A DNA stretch of 64,000 nt from Hydrolagus colliei. Taxonomy: Eukaryota. How positions within the stretch are numbered: the first letter of the stretch is position 1; each line of letters begins with the position of its first letter. Below are positions 36,154 through 49,955 of this stretch, in pieces. The translations under genes were made by a program, and so were the position numbers. The DNA is taken from the NCBI GenBank assembly GCA_035084275.1, contig CM068749.1:20584001-20648000 (forward strand). Direction: 5' to 3'. The notes below the pieces were generated by a model that saw only the letters and a list, made by a program, of their open reading frames with translations, was not told the origin of the DNA and did no database searches.

Positions 36154-38250
36154 GTAGGTACAAGTTTTCTTTTAAAAGTTTAAATATTACATGCCTTAAC
36201 ATTGCTCTGCTCCTCTCATCAAAGGTTCAGGTGAATGTTGAAATGCAGAAGGAAACCATGCCCAGTTTCAGTAGTTATGAGTTTATTTGTAATAATTAAT
36301 TGCCACTGATAGTTATTCCACACAATAGTTCATTTCAATCCTGTCAGAATTAGTTGGAAAAATTTTACAAGAGTAGCACAAATTTAATATAGTATTGTAA
36401 TTACAACCTGTTCTCAACAAGGTGCAAATTTAATTGAATGAAACCATGTCAGAGACAACGTAATACATCCATTTCCCCTACATTTCTTCAGAAGGAAATA
36501 TTAGTCTAGCAGTAAAACAAACCAAAATGGCAGGAAGACTAAGCTTTTGTTGAGAATTTTCTTCAAGAATTTAAAATTTAATAAAGGGATAGTGCATTTT
36601 TTATGTAGAAAATGATGCCAATTGTGTGTAATATTTTTAAAAATGCTTATGTATCCATATAGTGCGCACAGGCAGAGATTCGACTAAAAATGAGAATTAC
36701 AGTAAAATTTGTGATCTTGGTTTGCAAGTGACATATTAGATTTTCTGGGGATTCTGAAATATTTTAAATTTAAGCTAATTGAACCAGAGTCATTCCTTTG
36801 CTGAATGATCCATCCATATCAGTGCAATTTGAATGTGCAATTCAATATGTATCATTGTCATTGAAAACTCTGAGGAATGTTACTTGACTGGTGGAGGTTG
36901 AAGTTACTTTTTCTGTGGAGTGATTTTAAACTTCTCTTTCCCAAACTCATTGAGTGGTATCAATCATATTCTGCTCCGAGGTCCTGAATCTTCATTACTT
37001 CAATTCTCTACAACTCCAGCATAGATCTTTAATAACGCTGAAACTAGCCTCTCACTTTATACTGTTTTGATTTGAGCAAAGATTTAATGGTTGATGAATA
37101 ATACTATATATCAATCCATCCTATTGGTTACTTTTGGTTTACAATGGATCGGTAAAACAGGCTGGTTGGCAGGAATAGTTAATGACTCGACATTTCTCCT
37201 TCAGTTTCCTGCAGTTGTGTCCCCTAAAACTATCCCCCCCAAATAATCAGCCTCTTTGCTTTCAGGGCTTTTGCACGTGATGTGAAGTTTTTTTTATTTG
37301 CGCGGGGGCTTCAAAAGAGTTTTAAAAAAACAAAAAGAAGCAACGCAGAGCTGATCTTTTAATATTTGTGGTGGGATTTTTGCACAGGTTGGGCCTTTAG
37401 CTGTTTTGTGGCTCATTCATCTGGTATTAACTTTTTATACTAGTGGTAGTGTCATAGTTAATATTTAGAGGCACCAACACCAACAAAAAGTTATTGTGTG
37501 TACTGTACCATTAAAATGGGATTCAGTGAGGATCCCACAGAATCAATTGAACAGATAGTTTGACACACTCATCGTTTTTTTGGTGAACACACCCCACACG
37601 ATGTGTGGTTTAACCATGCTATCTATAAAATCTAATTGTGAAGCAAATTTCAATCAGGCCAACTTGTAACGTGGCCTAAATATTATTTTGTTGGAAAAGG
37701 AAACTTTGCTGTGATTTGCACTCCTGCTAGAAATGCATAATTTGAACACTAAATGAAAACAGGATAGGGCTCCGATGTAATGGTCTCAGTGAATTCAGTG
37801 GTCCCTCAGCATTTGCTATCCACAAACAGTAACTAAGAATGATGACTTGGCAACTTGGTGGACCATGCCATCATCAATGAAATTGATGCCTACATGAGTT
37901 TAGCATAAGAAGGTTGTAGAAGAGTATTAAAGGGGGAAAAAATGTGACCAAGTGGAACCCAACTCTTTATTGTTACTTTTGTTTCTTCCCTCAGTCAGTG
38001 GAATATGTGAAAAACAGTTGTATACTTGTTCTGACTGTCATCTTTTCTGTTACGCTTGCATATGACCAATAACTAACAGCTTATTTTTTAAGCCAGTTAA
38101 TCAAAAGGAACTAGAATATTGAGAGAGCACTATTTGAACCTGCTCTTTGAAGCATACATCAAGAGAATCTACATGAAATATATGGCCAGTATTTTTAGTT
38201 CACCAACAAAATAAGTTTTCCTGCCATGAATCAACAAATATTGAGTCAAG

Positions 38251-38397
38251 AATAATAATAATGCTGTGTGCAATTGGCTGCCGCGTTACACCCACAAATA
38301 TACATTCAATTCATTTTACAGTATATTCTGTGAAGCGCTTTGAGACGTCTAGAAGACGTGAAAAGTGTGATATCAAATGCACGTATTATTATTATTA
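38251..38397 (+). mobile_element. tRNA-derived SINE 3' fragment
   Basis: tgctgtgtgcaattggctgccgcgtt...gtgaagcgctttgagacgtctagaagacgtgaaaag...(TAT)n. Confidence 0.85.
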
Positions 38398-38807
38398 ACC
38401 TGGAAGTACACTACCGATTGCACACGGACTTACTTATGCTAGTGCTAGTTCTGGGGATGTTGGGAGGAGGTGGCTTCACGGTGGCCCTGAGGGCTGTTGT
38501 TTGTCTGGTATTGCCTTACTCCACAGTTCTGGCAGCTAAAAGAAGATTTGTGTGTGCTGGGTGTCACCTGGGTCTGTTTTTATTTCTGGCACTGCAACTT
38601 TGAAAACATAGCCCTATTAGTAATAATACCAGATACTAAAATATCAGGAATATATTTTTGTATATTATAGAAGATATAATTATTTTGAATGTATTTATTT
38701 TGAGGGTGGCCATGTGTATGTTTTAGCGGCTGTTTTAAGTTTGCATAATTCTGAGAAGTAGACAACAAATTGTACTGTAGGTAAACAGTGTTCTTTTATT
38801 GTTGTAG

Positions 38808-39001
38808 TGCCCAGTGCTGCCCCACGAAAAGTGGAATTAGATCCTGTGAACTCGACAGCAATCAAAGTTACATGGAAGGCTCCAGTCTACAATAAACAAC
38901 ATGGACAGATCCGCGGATACCAGATCATCTATGTACGCCTTGTAAAAGGGGAACCTCGAGGCCAACCAACTATCAAGGATGTGATGTTAGCAGAAGCTCA
39001 G
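38808..39001 (+). CDS. PTPRF: PTPRF exon, FNIII-5 first half ([19 protein letters not shown]...DVMLAEAQ)
   Basis: gttgtag|TGCCC ... TCAG|gtaaga; 194 nt, phase 1-0. Confidence 0.95.
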
Positions 39002-41136
39002 GTAAGAACACTTTAGTCTACATGAGTACAAGGTTGTTATTTTCTAATATTTATTTACTGAGAGGATGGGGAGAATTGCAGTACTTTATGAGGTAAAAAT
39101 TACATTGAATGAGGAGCAAGTGGAAGTCGAGCTATTACCTTTTTTTAAAAACAATATTTAGTGCTGAGGGTTGTTGTTGGTGTGTATTGATTTTCTGAGT
39201 CTGAGCATGGAGCTATGCGTTTTCACATATGAGCAGTGAACTGTATTTGGCTTACCTAATTGACCACGGCACACACTAGTTTGTATTGATCTGTTAGACT
39301 TTGGTCAGTGATTGTTAATCAATTTGATTTCTAAAATGTTCCCTTGATTTCCCCCTGAAACTGTTATCAAAATGACAAAATAATTTCTGTCTGCGCTAAT
39401 GAGTCTTACTGACAAGAAAATATAGAGGTGGAAGAATGCCAACCTCTTCCATTTAATTTTTGTGAATTCATGTTTTGGTTCCTAAAATGAAATTCAACTA
39501 CAGTATTAACATAATTCTAAAAAATTTCAAAATGCAACAAAAATGAAGAATGGAACTGTTCCAAACATGGGTAACAAATGTTACCTAATTCTTGAAGATA
39601 GAATATCTGATTCTCATTATTTCCATTAAAGTCTGTATCCCAGCCTTGGTAATTTGTATTTACTTGACCAGCTATAATGGTTTCATTTTGTTCTTCCTAT
39701 AACTGTTAATGAAAGCTTATCGACAGTTAAAAACAACTGAAATCAAAATAATTTTGATAATCAAGATGATCAAATGATCTCTAGATTCTGCAAAAGTCAG
39801 AAGTTAGCTCTTGAGCATTTTGTTGCTCAATCGCTGTCTCACTAATTGCAGCTGCTCTTCATTCTCAATTTCATCTTAAGTTCCTTTTTACATGTTTTAC
39901 TTATATAAAAAGAAAAAAGTGTGAATTAATATACAGCTGTGAAGCAAATAGAATAATATGTTGTCTTAAGTTTGATGTTTTGGGAAAATGAATTGTATTC
40001 TGCTGACCATGGAATGCTACTGATCACCCTGATAATTTAAAAGAAATAGAAAGACTATTTGCTTATGCCTAAGCATCACATTTAAGGCACCTGTAAAGGT
40101 TATCAAATCCTTTAGGATCAGCTGAGAAACTAGCAGTACTGTGTAATGGCATCACCAATCCGCTCCAGGATAAGATTAAGAAAATCTTAGGTGGACCCAC
40201 AGAAATATCCAATCCCCAGAACAGAGGGTCAAACGCCCTCCTTTCTCTAAGAGACTGTTTGAGGATTTGTTGTAAGTAAAGAGGGGAGGGAAATTGCTTC
40301 TTCACAAAAATCATTGCACTGAAATTTATTGATATTTTCAATTTCTAAACCTGAAAGAGAAGCGTCACTTCAGGAATGTTGTATCAGGCCTGAAATGGAT
40401 TTTTGCCAAGCTTGATCAATGAGGGCTTTGATCAGATTCTAGGTTTCCTCAAAATGGGATAGGTTGGTAACTTTCTGCAAATTTACGCATTACAAGGTTC
40501 TTTAAAAAAAACTTAAATTATAAACACTATTGATTTTACTTCTGTTAGGGTTTAGGTACAGTTTAATGGTAACAGTAATGAATGGTAATCTTCCTCAGGT
40601 TGTCACTATAGTCACCAGTCAATAAATCAGAAAAATAATAGTATTTGGGAATTGTTATTGGTAGGATGTTGTTGTTTGTCTAGTTCTTTCCCTGTGAATG
40701 GTTAGTTTTTCTCTACACAACAGCATTTTGTTTTAAATAAAGTAAATAGTCCTTCATCTAAAAAAGTAGATCTCTTAACATCTTGATGGCCAGATTGTAA
40801 TTGATTATTACCAGGACTGAACGTGGCAAATATTTTTATCAAGAGATGAAATGCCCAAATAAAGCATGAGAACGCTTAATTTGTTTATCCCTTCATCACC
40901 CCATTCACCCCTGAAATAAATTGCCCTCCTAAGCTTTGCCTTTTCTATAATTGTATAGCAGAGATATTCAATTTTCACTATTTTGTACTAAAAGTGTGTG
41001 TAGTGGCAAGCTGCAACAATCTTGACACTTTGAGCAATGGATGTGGAGTGAGGTAGATGCTGCGGAATTAATATTTCGAATAGAATGATTGTGAGTTTTG
41101 AGTGATACCTAGCAGGATTCAGAAAATAAATCAGCA

Positions 41137-41548
41137 TAGTAAAACCTTTGTTATCCGGAGCCTCGGGACCTGACCGGTGCAGATTAATCAAATATGCCAC
41201 ATATTCGAGTGGCAAATTGCCGAAAATCCAACAATTTTTTTTTAACTTATTTTAAAACATACCATATTAATAACAGACTAAATAATAACAAAATATTCCA
41301 TGGATACTTACCAATAAAACATTCCAGCACACTCAGTAAAATGATCGGTAAAAAAGCATTCCAGCGTTTGGTAAGTTTAATAAGTGTGCATGCGCACGCA
41401 TTACACGCATGCGCAAAGTGAGCATACTGCGAGTGTCCCGGATGGCTACGGTATGAGATCCGGTTTCTGGAATGGTGAATTGTATTGGGAGATACCGATT
41501 GGTTGAGTATGCCGGTCAGTTGGGTACCGGATAAACAAGGTTTTACTG
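41137..41548. mobile_element. Tigger/pogo-like (Tc1-mariner) MITE
   Basis: Termini (t)AGTAAAACCTTTGTTATCCGG / CCGGATAAACAAGGTTTTACTG followed by TA; left terminus and TSD slightly decayed; CpG-rich subterminal sequence. Confidence 0.8.
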
Positions 41549-44474
41549 TATATTTGTGAAAAAAGGGTGCATTTTAAAATATAATATTCTACCCATTATT
41601 TTCCCATCATACAGTATATATATTGTAATCTGTCAGGGAAATAGTTTATTCTCACATGGAAGAATGGCTATTGGGAGATCGAGGGAATCATTTTTGGAGT
41701 TGAATTAAAATGAACACTAATCGAAGCCTATTTACTGCTATACTTGTCAGTGGGCTTTAATTCACTTTTGGAATTGGCATCCGATGTAAAAAAAATTAAA
41801 CCCTGGGGTTTGATTACTTGTTTTTATTTGTGTATTAGCTGTAGACAGTACACAGTAATCAGCAAAAATAATGAAATGATATGATTCATTTTGGAAAATA
41901 CATGTTTTAATTACTATTATGTATTTTGGGGGATTGCTATTGGTATCAGTCCAAACTGACTTAAACAGTCTGTTGCACCTCATGATTTAGAGGGAACCTG
42001 GCCTTTATTTTCCAGAGAAAACCGCATTCTTCTTAATGTATGAACAGCATTACTGGTCCCAGAAGCTGAAAGTTTTATTTATTGATTGAATTTTGGAAAT
42101 AGCTGTAAGTGTATCTGCTTCCTAAATCACGGTTTTGTGGCTGCAAACATTTTACATTCTAGTAGCGATGAATATACAACTAGAAGTTTGTTATTTATGA
42201 ATGGTAGTCTTAATGCTGGTATTGAATGCATAACCTCTGTGTTATGGATAGAAAATACGAACGGATTTTTTAAAATGTTCTCCCCTATTAAGAACCTCAC
42301 ACAAAATGACAGCTGGTACGTTATCTTGCATTTCAGCAGTTGTACCTGATAGATTTCTGTTTTAAGAGTGTTAGATCTCCATACAGATCACTGATGGTAT
42401 GACAAGATAATTTTTGATATGGTTTCTCTTTGTATTTGAAGTATTAGTTGTTCGCACCACTGGTAGTGAAAATAAAGTGTATGGACTGTGTCTGCACTAC
42501 TGAGAAAGCAATGGTCTTTGAAACTCCCCGGTTATGGTTGGCTGGAGTGAATTTGCAGCAATTTAATCGAAATTATAGAGGTAGCTGTTGTTTGGATTTG
42601 TGTTGTTTGGACATGTTTAGGTAAGAGAGTGTTAGCCTCCCTGCTTGTCACATGAGTTGTGTAATTCTGTTTTGCTGCTTGGAGTGTGTAATAAATACAA
42701 CAAACAATGTTTTGCTGAGTATTAAATAAGTAGGACAGCACAACAAAACATGTATTCAATATGAGTGATGGACTAGGGTCCCAACAAGAAGAAAATTTCA
42801 CTGGGTGACAAATGCAACCATTCCAAAGTATGAAGGTTATTGAAAATAATTAGGGATTTATAGCGTTTGCAGTATCATGTGCATGGCATTAGAGGATGTG
42901 GTAGGATAGTTGCTCTAAGCAGTAAAAATAGTCCAAGGTAACATTACAGTGATAAACAGTTGCGTTCCACCTGTTTACAGACATGTAACCCACGTGCTTT
43001 TATATATGGCATGGGTTTTCAACAAAGAAAGGCACAGCTACTTTTGAAACAACACTGGGTATTTCACACCCGAGATAATTAGAATCTCAGCAATTAGCAC
43101 TCTCAATGACATGTCCCAGTACTAGGGAGTATAATGCAATTATTGGTGATTAACACCTTTTAGTGGATTCCTGAATAAGAAATCCCATGGTCTACTTTAC
43201 AATGTAAAATTATATTTATGTCACGAAGGGTCCTCAAATATGATGGGGGAGGGAACGAGCTAGGAAGGACTTAGGGATAGATTCTTCACTAACAGAATCC
43301 ATGTGAGACCGCATTGTTATAGACAGCTATTTGCTACATTGCCTCAAGACTTTCTGCTTACAGAATATATTTTTCAAGATAATCAAGAGTGTACTCTTGT
43401 CAAGATTTTGATTTTTAGAGACTTAAGAGTCGGTTGCCCTAGGGCTTAGGGCCAGAAACCATTGTATTATTGACACATATTCAAACTCTTATGTCAAGAA
43501 GACTAGTGATTTGTAGATTTTGATCATAAATATTTTACATACCGGTATGTACTTTACATGTCAATGGGATTCTTATATGACCAATGACCACAAAATAAAA
43601 TTTCACACAAGGTATTCACTTTAAAAGTAAATATTGAGAAAATGCTGCTCGTAAAACCATTCTTCCTTTGTATTTTTTTTAAAAAAAACTTCAAGTCCCT
43701 GTCAATTCCGTAAATACAGCAGTTCAGCTGGTTCCGTACATCTTCTGGAAGCTGGAGTTGGTCAGTTTTTATCGGGAGTGGAACCAGTCACATTAGTTTT
43801 AGACTTCTGAATGTAGACTGCTGTCAGCTCCGGGGGGCTCAGAATACTTTTAGTTCAAAATTGTAGTTTCTAACATGATTTTTGGTAGATGCCAGTCCCC
43901 TTAAAGCCCTGTCTTCTGACCCATGCATTTTAGAATCAAATCCCATTAAACCAAAAACTGTTTGAATGTGAACGTTCAAATTTGGTTGCATGACCCACCA
44001 AGGCAGGAAGTCTGGGGGGGCGGGGGGAAAGATCAAATTCAAGTATGATAAGATCCTCTAAATTATCTTAACAAAGGGATTGGTAAATTTCAATGAGCTG
44101 CATTACCATTCCAAAGCAGCATCTGAGAACCTTGTGCCACCTCTATTAGTCTAATTTCGTTTTTTTTATAAAGATTCTAATTGAGAGTAATTGAATGGAG
44201 CGATAAAGCTAGCAAAGATCAACCCAACTTGTTCATGCCAGACTCTGATTGTGGTCAGAGATCTCTTTTACCTACCTAGCCTTAAGAACGGGATAAAATT
44301 AATGTGAACATATGAGTAATCTATAACTAGTGTTCATTTCAATACCAGTTTGACTATGGTTAATAAGACAATTCAATGTACTGAAATCTAAAGAAACATT
44401 GAGTTATATTTGTTATATGATAGAGTTAGGTGTTAGCTTACTGCATATCCTCAGTTCCCCCTGTAACACTTGAT

Positions 44475-44640
44475 AGGCAAACTTTCAGTCATTAAGCCCC
44501 AATACCTGGAACCGCCAGCCTCTCTGCATGTGCCTCACCTCATCTCTAGCTTCAAATCCCATCTAAACGTCTATGGCTTTGACTGCACCTATGGTTTCCT
44601 TGAACCCCAGTTCAGAGTCCAACCCCTGTTAAGTGCTCTG
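44475..44640 (+). mobile_element. L2 ORF2 C-terminal/3' fragment
   Basis: Remnant ...TWN...SSFKSHLNVYGFDCTYG resembles the L2 motif WNSLP...FKSxLKTxLF. Confidence 0.6.
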
Positions 44641-45557
44641 GGATCGTACTTATTGGTAGTTGTTGCTTATGGTAAGTATTTCTCTTACTGTCTACATTTT
44701 TTTATTTTCATTATAGACTGTGACACAATGAAGTATTCTTGAGATGGAACTGACTTAGAAAACTATTTCCTAAATGCTAAGAATATAATTTCAGGTGTTG
44801 GAAATTTTGAGATATTCCAAGACTGGTGTTTGTAATGTTTTACAGTATGTGTGAAACTACTATGAAATGATAACCCCTTTGCCTTTTTAATGTTGCCAAT
44901 GGATTTGAATACATTTCCTTTCAGCAAATATTTTCCCACGTAATGTTGCAGGTTGTTTTACAGCTTTGTTGCAAAGCTTAGTTTCTGACAAGCTTCTTCC
45001 ATGGTCTTCGCTGAAACTGCATTGGAGTCTCTAATTAAATCATGAATAATTCACTTGCGAGCTTCCCATTGCTGATCCATCATTTTTTAATCAGTTCAGA
45101 TTCAATGTATGTACACCAGTAGCTATCACACTTTGGATATTCACGAGGAATTGCGAGAAAACATTGAAAAATATATCTGTGTGCTGTATTATTTTTAATT
45201 CCATATTAGATGAGCAGAAAGAAGCATGGTAATGCAGTGAGTGACATACAGCACAAAAGCGCTGTATGTTGTAAGGGGTAAACCAAAGGTACGTAGCAGA
45301 TGATAACAGATCCCAAACACTATTGTGTATACTGAAGGGGAAGGGATGATGATCCTGCTTATTTTTATAGAGGATGTGTTATGTTGTCTTAGTGGCTATG
45401 CAAGCAAGGCTTATTGAACAAACTCCATTTTTAAATGTTTGTTTTGTTACAAAGCTTCGTTTCTGCAAAGTTAGCATGAATCTTTACTAATCTAGTTTAG
45501 ATTTTCTCTCCTTCTTTTTAATTAACTTTGTTTTCCACCCCAACTCTATCCATTCAG

Positions 45558-45584
45558 TGGGAGTCTGAGGACACCCTGGACTAT
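45558..45584 (+). CDS. PTPRF: PTPRF microexon meC / LASE-c (27 nt, WESEDTLDY) within FNIII-5
   Basis: Long pyrimidine tract, then cattcag|TGGGAGTCTGAGGACACCCTGGACTAT|gtgagt; phase 0-0; same length and W...DY pattern as mammalian LASE-c (WRPEESEDY). Confidence 0.9.
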
Positions 45585-45947
45585 GTGAGTAATAAACGTG
45601 CTGGACTGGACATGGGCTTTCTCTGATAAATCACCACAGGGATGTCAAAGATGTATGTTAGGGATGGTTTAAAATGGAAAGAAAGGAAGTTCAATATTTA
45701 GGTTAGAAGATAAAATTTAAAATTCATGTGTACACAAAACTTTTTTTATTAATCGAATGTACAATACGAAGTCAAGCTTCCTTTGAATGTCAAACTGCTC
45801 TGTGCTCAGTGAAGTGATAATACTGACAGTGTCTTACCATATGGGAAGCCCGACCCCTCTGGATTAAGTAGTCGAAGTCATTGAGGTCCTGCTAAAATAG
45901 AGATTTTATGTAACCAGTAGATAAATAAAGACACCAGAATGTTGTAC

Positions 45948-46250
45948 AGTCCTGTAGCTCACTGCTTAGAGCACTTGCCTCACAAGCGAGAGACCTGGGT
46001 TTATTTCTCGGCACAATGAAACCGTGGGCAAATTTCCATATGCCATATGCCTGATAATAATCCCTCAAGAAAATAAAAACAATAATAATTTGGTCACTCA
46101 ATCCACGACTGTTTATGGGATACTGCTGTGTGCAATCGGCTGCCGTGTTTCGCTCACAAAATATACAATCAATTCACTTTACAGTATATTCTGTGAAATG
46201 CTTTGTCTAGATAACATGAAAATGCGTTATATCAAATGCAAGGATTATAA
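45948..46250 (+). mobile_element. tRNA-derived SINE, near full-length (short variant)
   Basis: agtcctgtagctcactgcttagagcacttgcctcacaagcgagagacctgggtt head; tail tatatcaaatgcaaggattataat. Confidence 0.9.
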
Positions 46251-48130
46251 TATAAATTCCAATATCCTGCTTTCATTTAGTGCTGATAGTGCTGTATATT
46301 TAGTGCTAGAAACTAAAACACTGTTTGTTAAAGTTCATGTTTATTGTTATAGAATTGGGAGGTATAGCAGTTTTCTTGTTAATTTCTTAACTATCTAAAG
46401 CAGAATTATATGTCTACAGTTCCAAAGTTAGTGGAGAATCATTATTTATGCCTACAAATGCATTAAAAATGTACTAGCATTTTGGTTGAGTGAAAAGAAG
46501 AACTTTAGCATTGACCACCTTTCTTTGACATCCCTGTATTCATGCTTTGCAATATTTTTTCTGTTCTCTGGATTTCACAATTGCATGAGAAATCTGTTTG
46601 CATTAAAGAATGTGGGAGGTTTCCTGCTTGTAGATACAAGTCCTCATTGGGAAACCGATTACAGTTTGCTGTGTCTGCATGTTTTTATGATGGTGTTGGG
46701 AGTAACACACTTTCTCACACTTTTGTAAGTTGCTTTTCTTGTTGCTACTTGTCAGTTTCCTGCTGGTTTCATGTAAACTGGTTTTGCTGGATCATTGTGC
46801 TAGGCAGTTCACCAGACTGTCTGAGCAACAAAGTCTGATAAAGATCAACCTGTCTTGTTTTTAACATGCCAGGAATGATTGGAGGAGAATTGAAAAGGAT
46901 CATTGAGAGAGAACAAAAGCTACAGTCGCCTGTCTGTGTCACTTCGAGCAGTAAGAGATGTATGATGTATCTCTTGTTTGGTATGGAAATTGTTGCCTCC
47001 TTGCTTGAGGCTATTTTGATGAGGATGTGGCAAGCCCTGCACTCCAACAAATTGCATTGATTGCATTTGGAAATTAAGCAGGATGATAAAACTGAACTTA
47101 TTTAAGAGCAATCCTAGCACTGCGGCTAAAAATTAATGAAATTAGATACGCCACAAACATGCCCAGCCTCAAACCGTACAGTAGTTAATGGAATTCTGTG
47201 GATTGCAGAGAGAGGATTTTTACACTGCAGATTATATCTAGTTGAGATGAAGCGATCCTTTCTCCAAATCAATAAGCTATAGAGTTTTGAAATGGCGAAA
47301 GTTCCCCGACACGGACAGGTCACACGATGAGAAAAGATAAAGCTAACACCCTGTATCAGAAATAAGTGTCATCATTCAGTATCATAGATGATTCGGTGGC
47401 TTTTTCTGTCTGATTCAAATACTCTTTATATCTAGCTGCTGGTTACAGGAGGTCTGCTGGTGGTGACAGTCTGGGAGTGGTGTATAAACATATGCATGTG
47501 TGAAAAAGATGGTTTTGCAGCATTGGTGTATTTATTCATTTCTACTAGACCATCGCTCCAGATCATCGTATACTTTTTTTTAATCATGGTGTCCTTTACC
47601 TTTTCCATATGTAATTATGTCTGACATGTTTTGTTGTTTTTACTGTGGTTTCCTGTATTCATTTAGGTCTGCTGGGAAATCTTGTGGACTTTCGGGTTTA
47701 GACATAGAGTAGACTTTGCTTAATAACAATTCTAATTGGGTCATTTAAAAATCCAATAGGATTTTATGTAAATCTTTGCAACAAAAACACATTGATTTTA
47801 ATCACTTCCACTGATTATTCCACCAAAGTAAATGGAGCAATCGTTGTCTGGTGTTGAGATTTATATTTTTTTAAACCATTATAATGCAGAAACCACATTG
47901 AAAATCATGGCAACTCCTAAACAATTAATATGTTTTTACAACCATACAGTTCCCCCAGAGAATGCTTCCCTTCACTTGCATGGCATGCTGGTCAAGCCTG
48001 GAGAGTCCTGTGGAACATCAGCCTGTTGTAAACCAAGAACCAATATGAGGCTAGGTTCATTGTAAACACACAAAATTTCATAGTGTTCCCTGCCAGATGT
48101 TTAACTTGTTTCTAAAACATTTAATTTTAG

Positions 48131-48248
48131 GAAGCTGTTATTGTGGGATTGATGCCTGAAACCGCTTACTCAGTCACAATTGCAGCATACACCACCAAGG
48201 GGGATGGAGCTCGCAGCAAACCTAAGGTGGTTTCGACAACTGGAGCTG
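48131..48248 (+). CDS. PTPRF: PTPRF exon, FNIII-5 second half ([39 protein letters not shown])
   Basis: aattttag|GAAGCT ... GCTG|gtgagt; 118 nt, phase 0-1. Confidence 0.95.
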
Positions 48249-49376
48249 GTGAGTGGGAGAACATATGTTAGTAATAGCATATGCTTGTTTTTTCTGTTTT
48301 AGATCAGTTGTTTTGGTGGAAAGAACTATTCCTAAGGAAGACCTTTACTTTGATAGTTATAATGAATTATTGACTGAATTTTATTCCAGCTGAGTTTCCA
48401 AAGTAGATTTTGCTGCTTTTTGCTGGAAACCAATTCAAATTCCAGCAAAGCTGTTACAAATTATTTAACTGAATGAGATTTAACATTACACATATGTGTG
48501 GTTGAGCATTGAGAGTCAAGATCCCAGGGAGGAAATAATCTAGTTTTACCAAAGCCACAGGAAGGTACTTTAGCAAGGTTTTGCTGGAGGGATAGAATTA
48601 GCAGGGTATGAGGAAAATTGAGGTTAATAGCTTAGTTTGGAGTCAACTCATATCATAGTCAGGTAGAGGTAAATGTTATCTGATTTTAAGTTGAGAGTCT
48701 ATAAACCTTTTGGATTCATATTTTGAATCAATGTTTGTACATTTAAATTCATCTTGAAATTACAACTGCATGATTGCAACATGGTGAGATGGGCGTAGTT
48801 TATTAGATCCAAAAGGAGATTTAATAAAAGCAACAAACAATTTATTGCAGCAATTAATTACAATTATTCATATAAATACTGTGATTGGCTATGGCAGCAT
48901 TGTCTCTCCCTAGCATGATCAGTGAGAATGTCATGTTCAGACTTTTATGTGCTCTGCAATTTTTTTTGGAAAACCTGCCTGATTTGATGTGACCCATACC
49001 ATATTACACATTTTAAGTTAATTGCAAGATCTTATTTAGTATTTAATTTTTTACAATGATTACACTTAGGTTTAAAAAAAGGCATAATTCATCAGCATTT
49101 CACTTTTTTTTAACCAAGCAGTGATTGCTTTGACATATAAAGCCAAGACCTAAAAGAATCATTAACGTGGTATAGACTGTTGTACATCCACACATCTTCT
49201 CTTTCATTACTTCCTAACAAAAAGTTGAGATCTGAAGTTTATATTCAAACTGGGCAACTAACAAACTGTTGAGAACGTAGATGGACTTATTCACATTGCT
49301 TACATGTAACGAGGCCCCTAGCAAGTGCAAATGGACTGCAGTGAAATAGTTAGCATGATTCTGCATTGTTCTTCAG

Positions 49377-49955
49377 TTCCAGGGAGGCCTACAATGATTA
49401 TCAGTGTCACTCGTATGAACACAGCGCTCATTCAGTGGCAGCCACCATCTGAAATGGTGGGTGATCTGGTAGGCTATCGACTGCAATACAGCCGCAGTGA
49501 TGAAGAAAAACCGAATGTCATCAAACTAAGTAAGAGCGATGACCATTATACAGTAACAAACTTGCACAAGGGAACCACATACAACTTCCGCCTGTGTGCT
49601 GAAAACAAAGCTGGATTTGGTGAGGAGGCTGTGAAACAAGTTCAGATACAGGAAGACAAACCAAGTGGTTTCCCACAAAACCTGCATGTTGTAGGGCTTA
49701 CCACATCCACAACTGAGCTTTCATGGGACCCACCTGTTCAGGCTGAAAGGAATGGAAAGATGCTCCTCTACACAGTGTTGTTCGGTGATATCAACAGTCC
49801 AACAGACTTAAACAACTCGACCAATGAAACTCGAATAACACTGAGCAAACTGAACCCAGACACCACTTATGACATCCGAGTGAGAGCTCATACTTCCAAA
49901 GGGTTTGGACCATACAGTCCCAGCATTCAATCCCGAACCATGCCAGTCGACCAAG
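49377..49955 (+). CDS. PTPRF: PTPRF exon, FNIII-6 and -7 (VPGRPTM...SRTMPVDQ)
   Basis: tcttcag|TTCCA ... CAAG|gtaagg; 579 nt, phase 1-1; within ORF 49325..49975. Confidence 0.96.
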
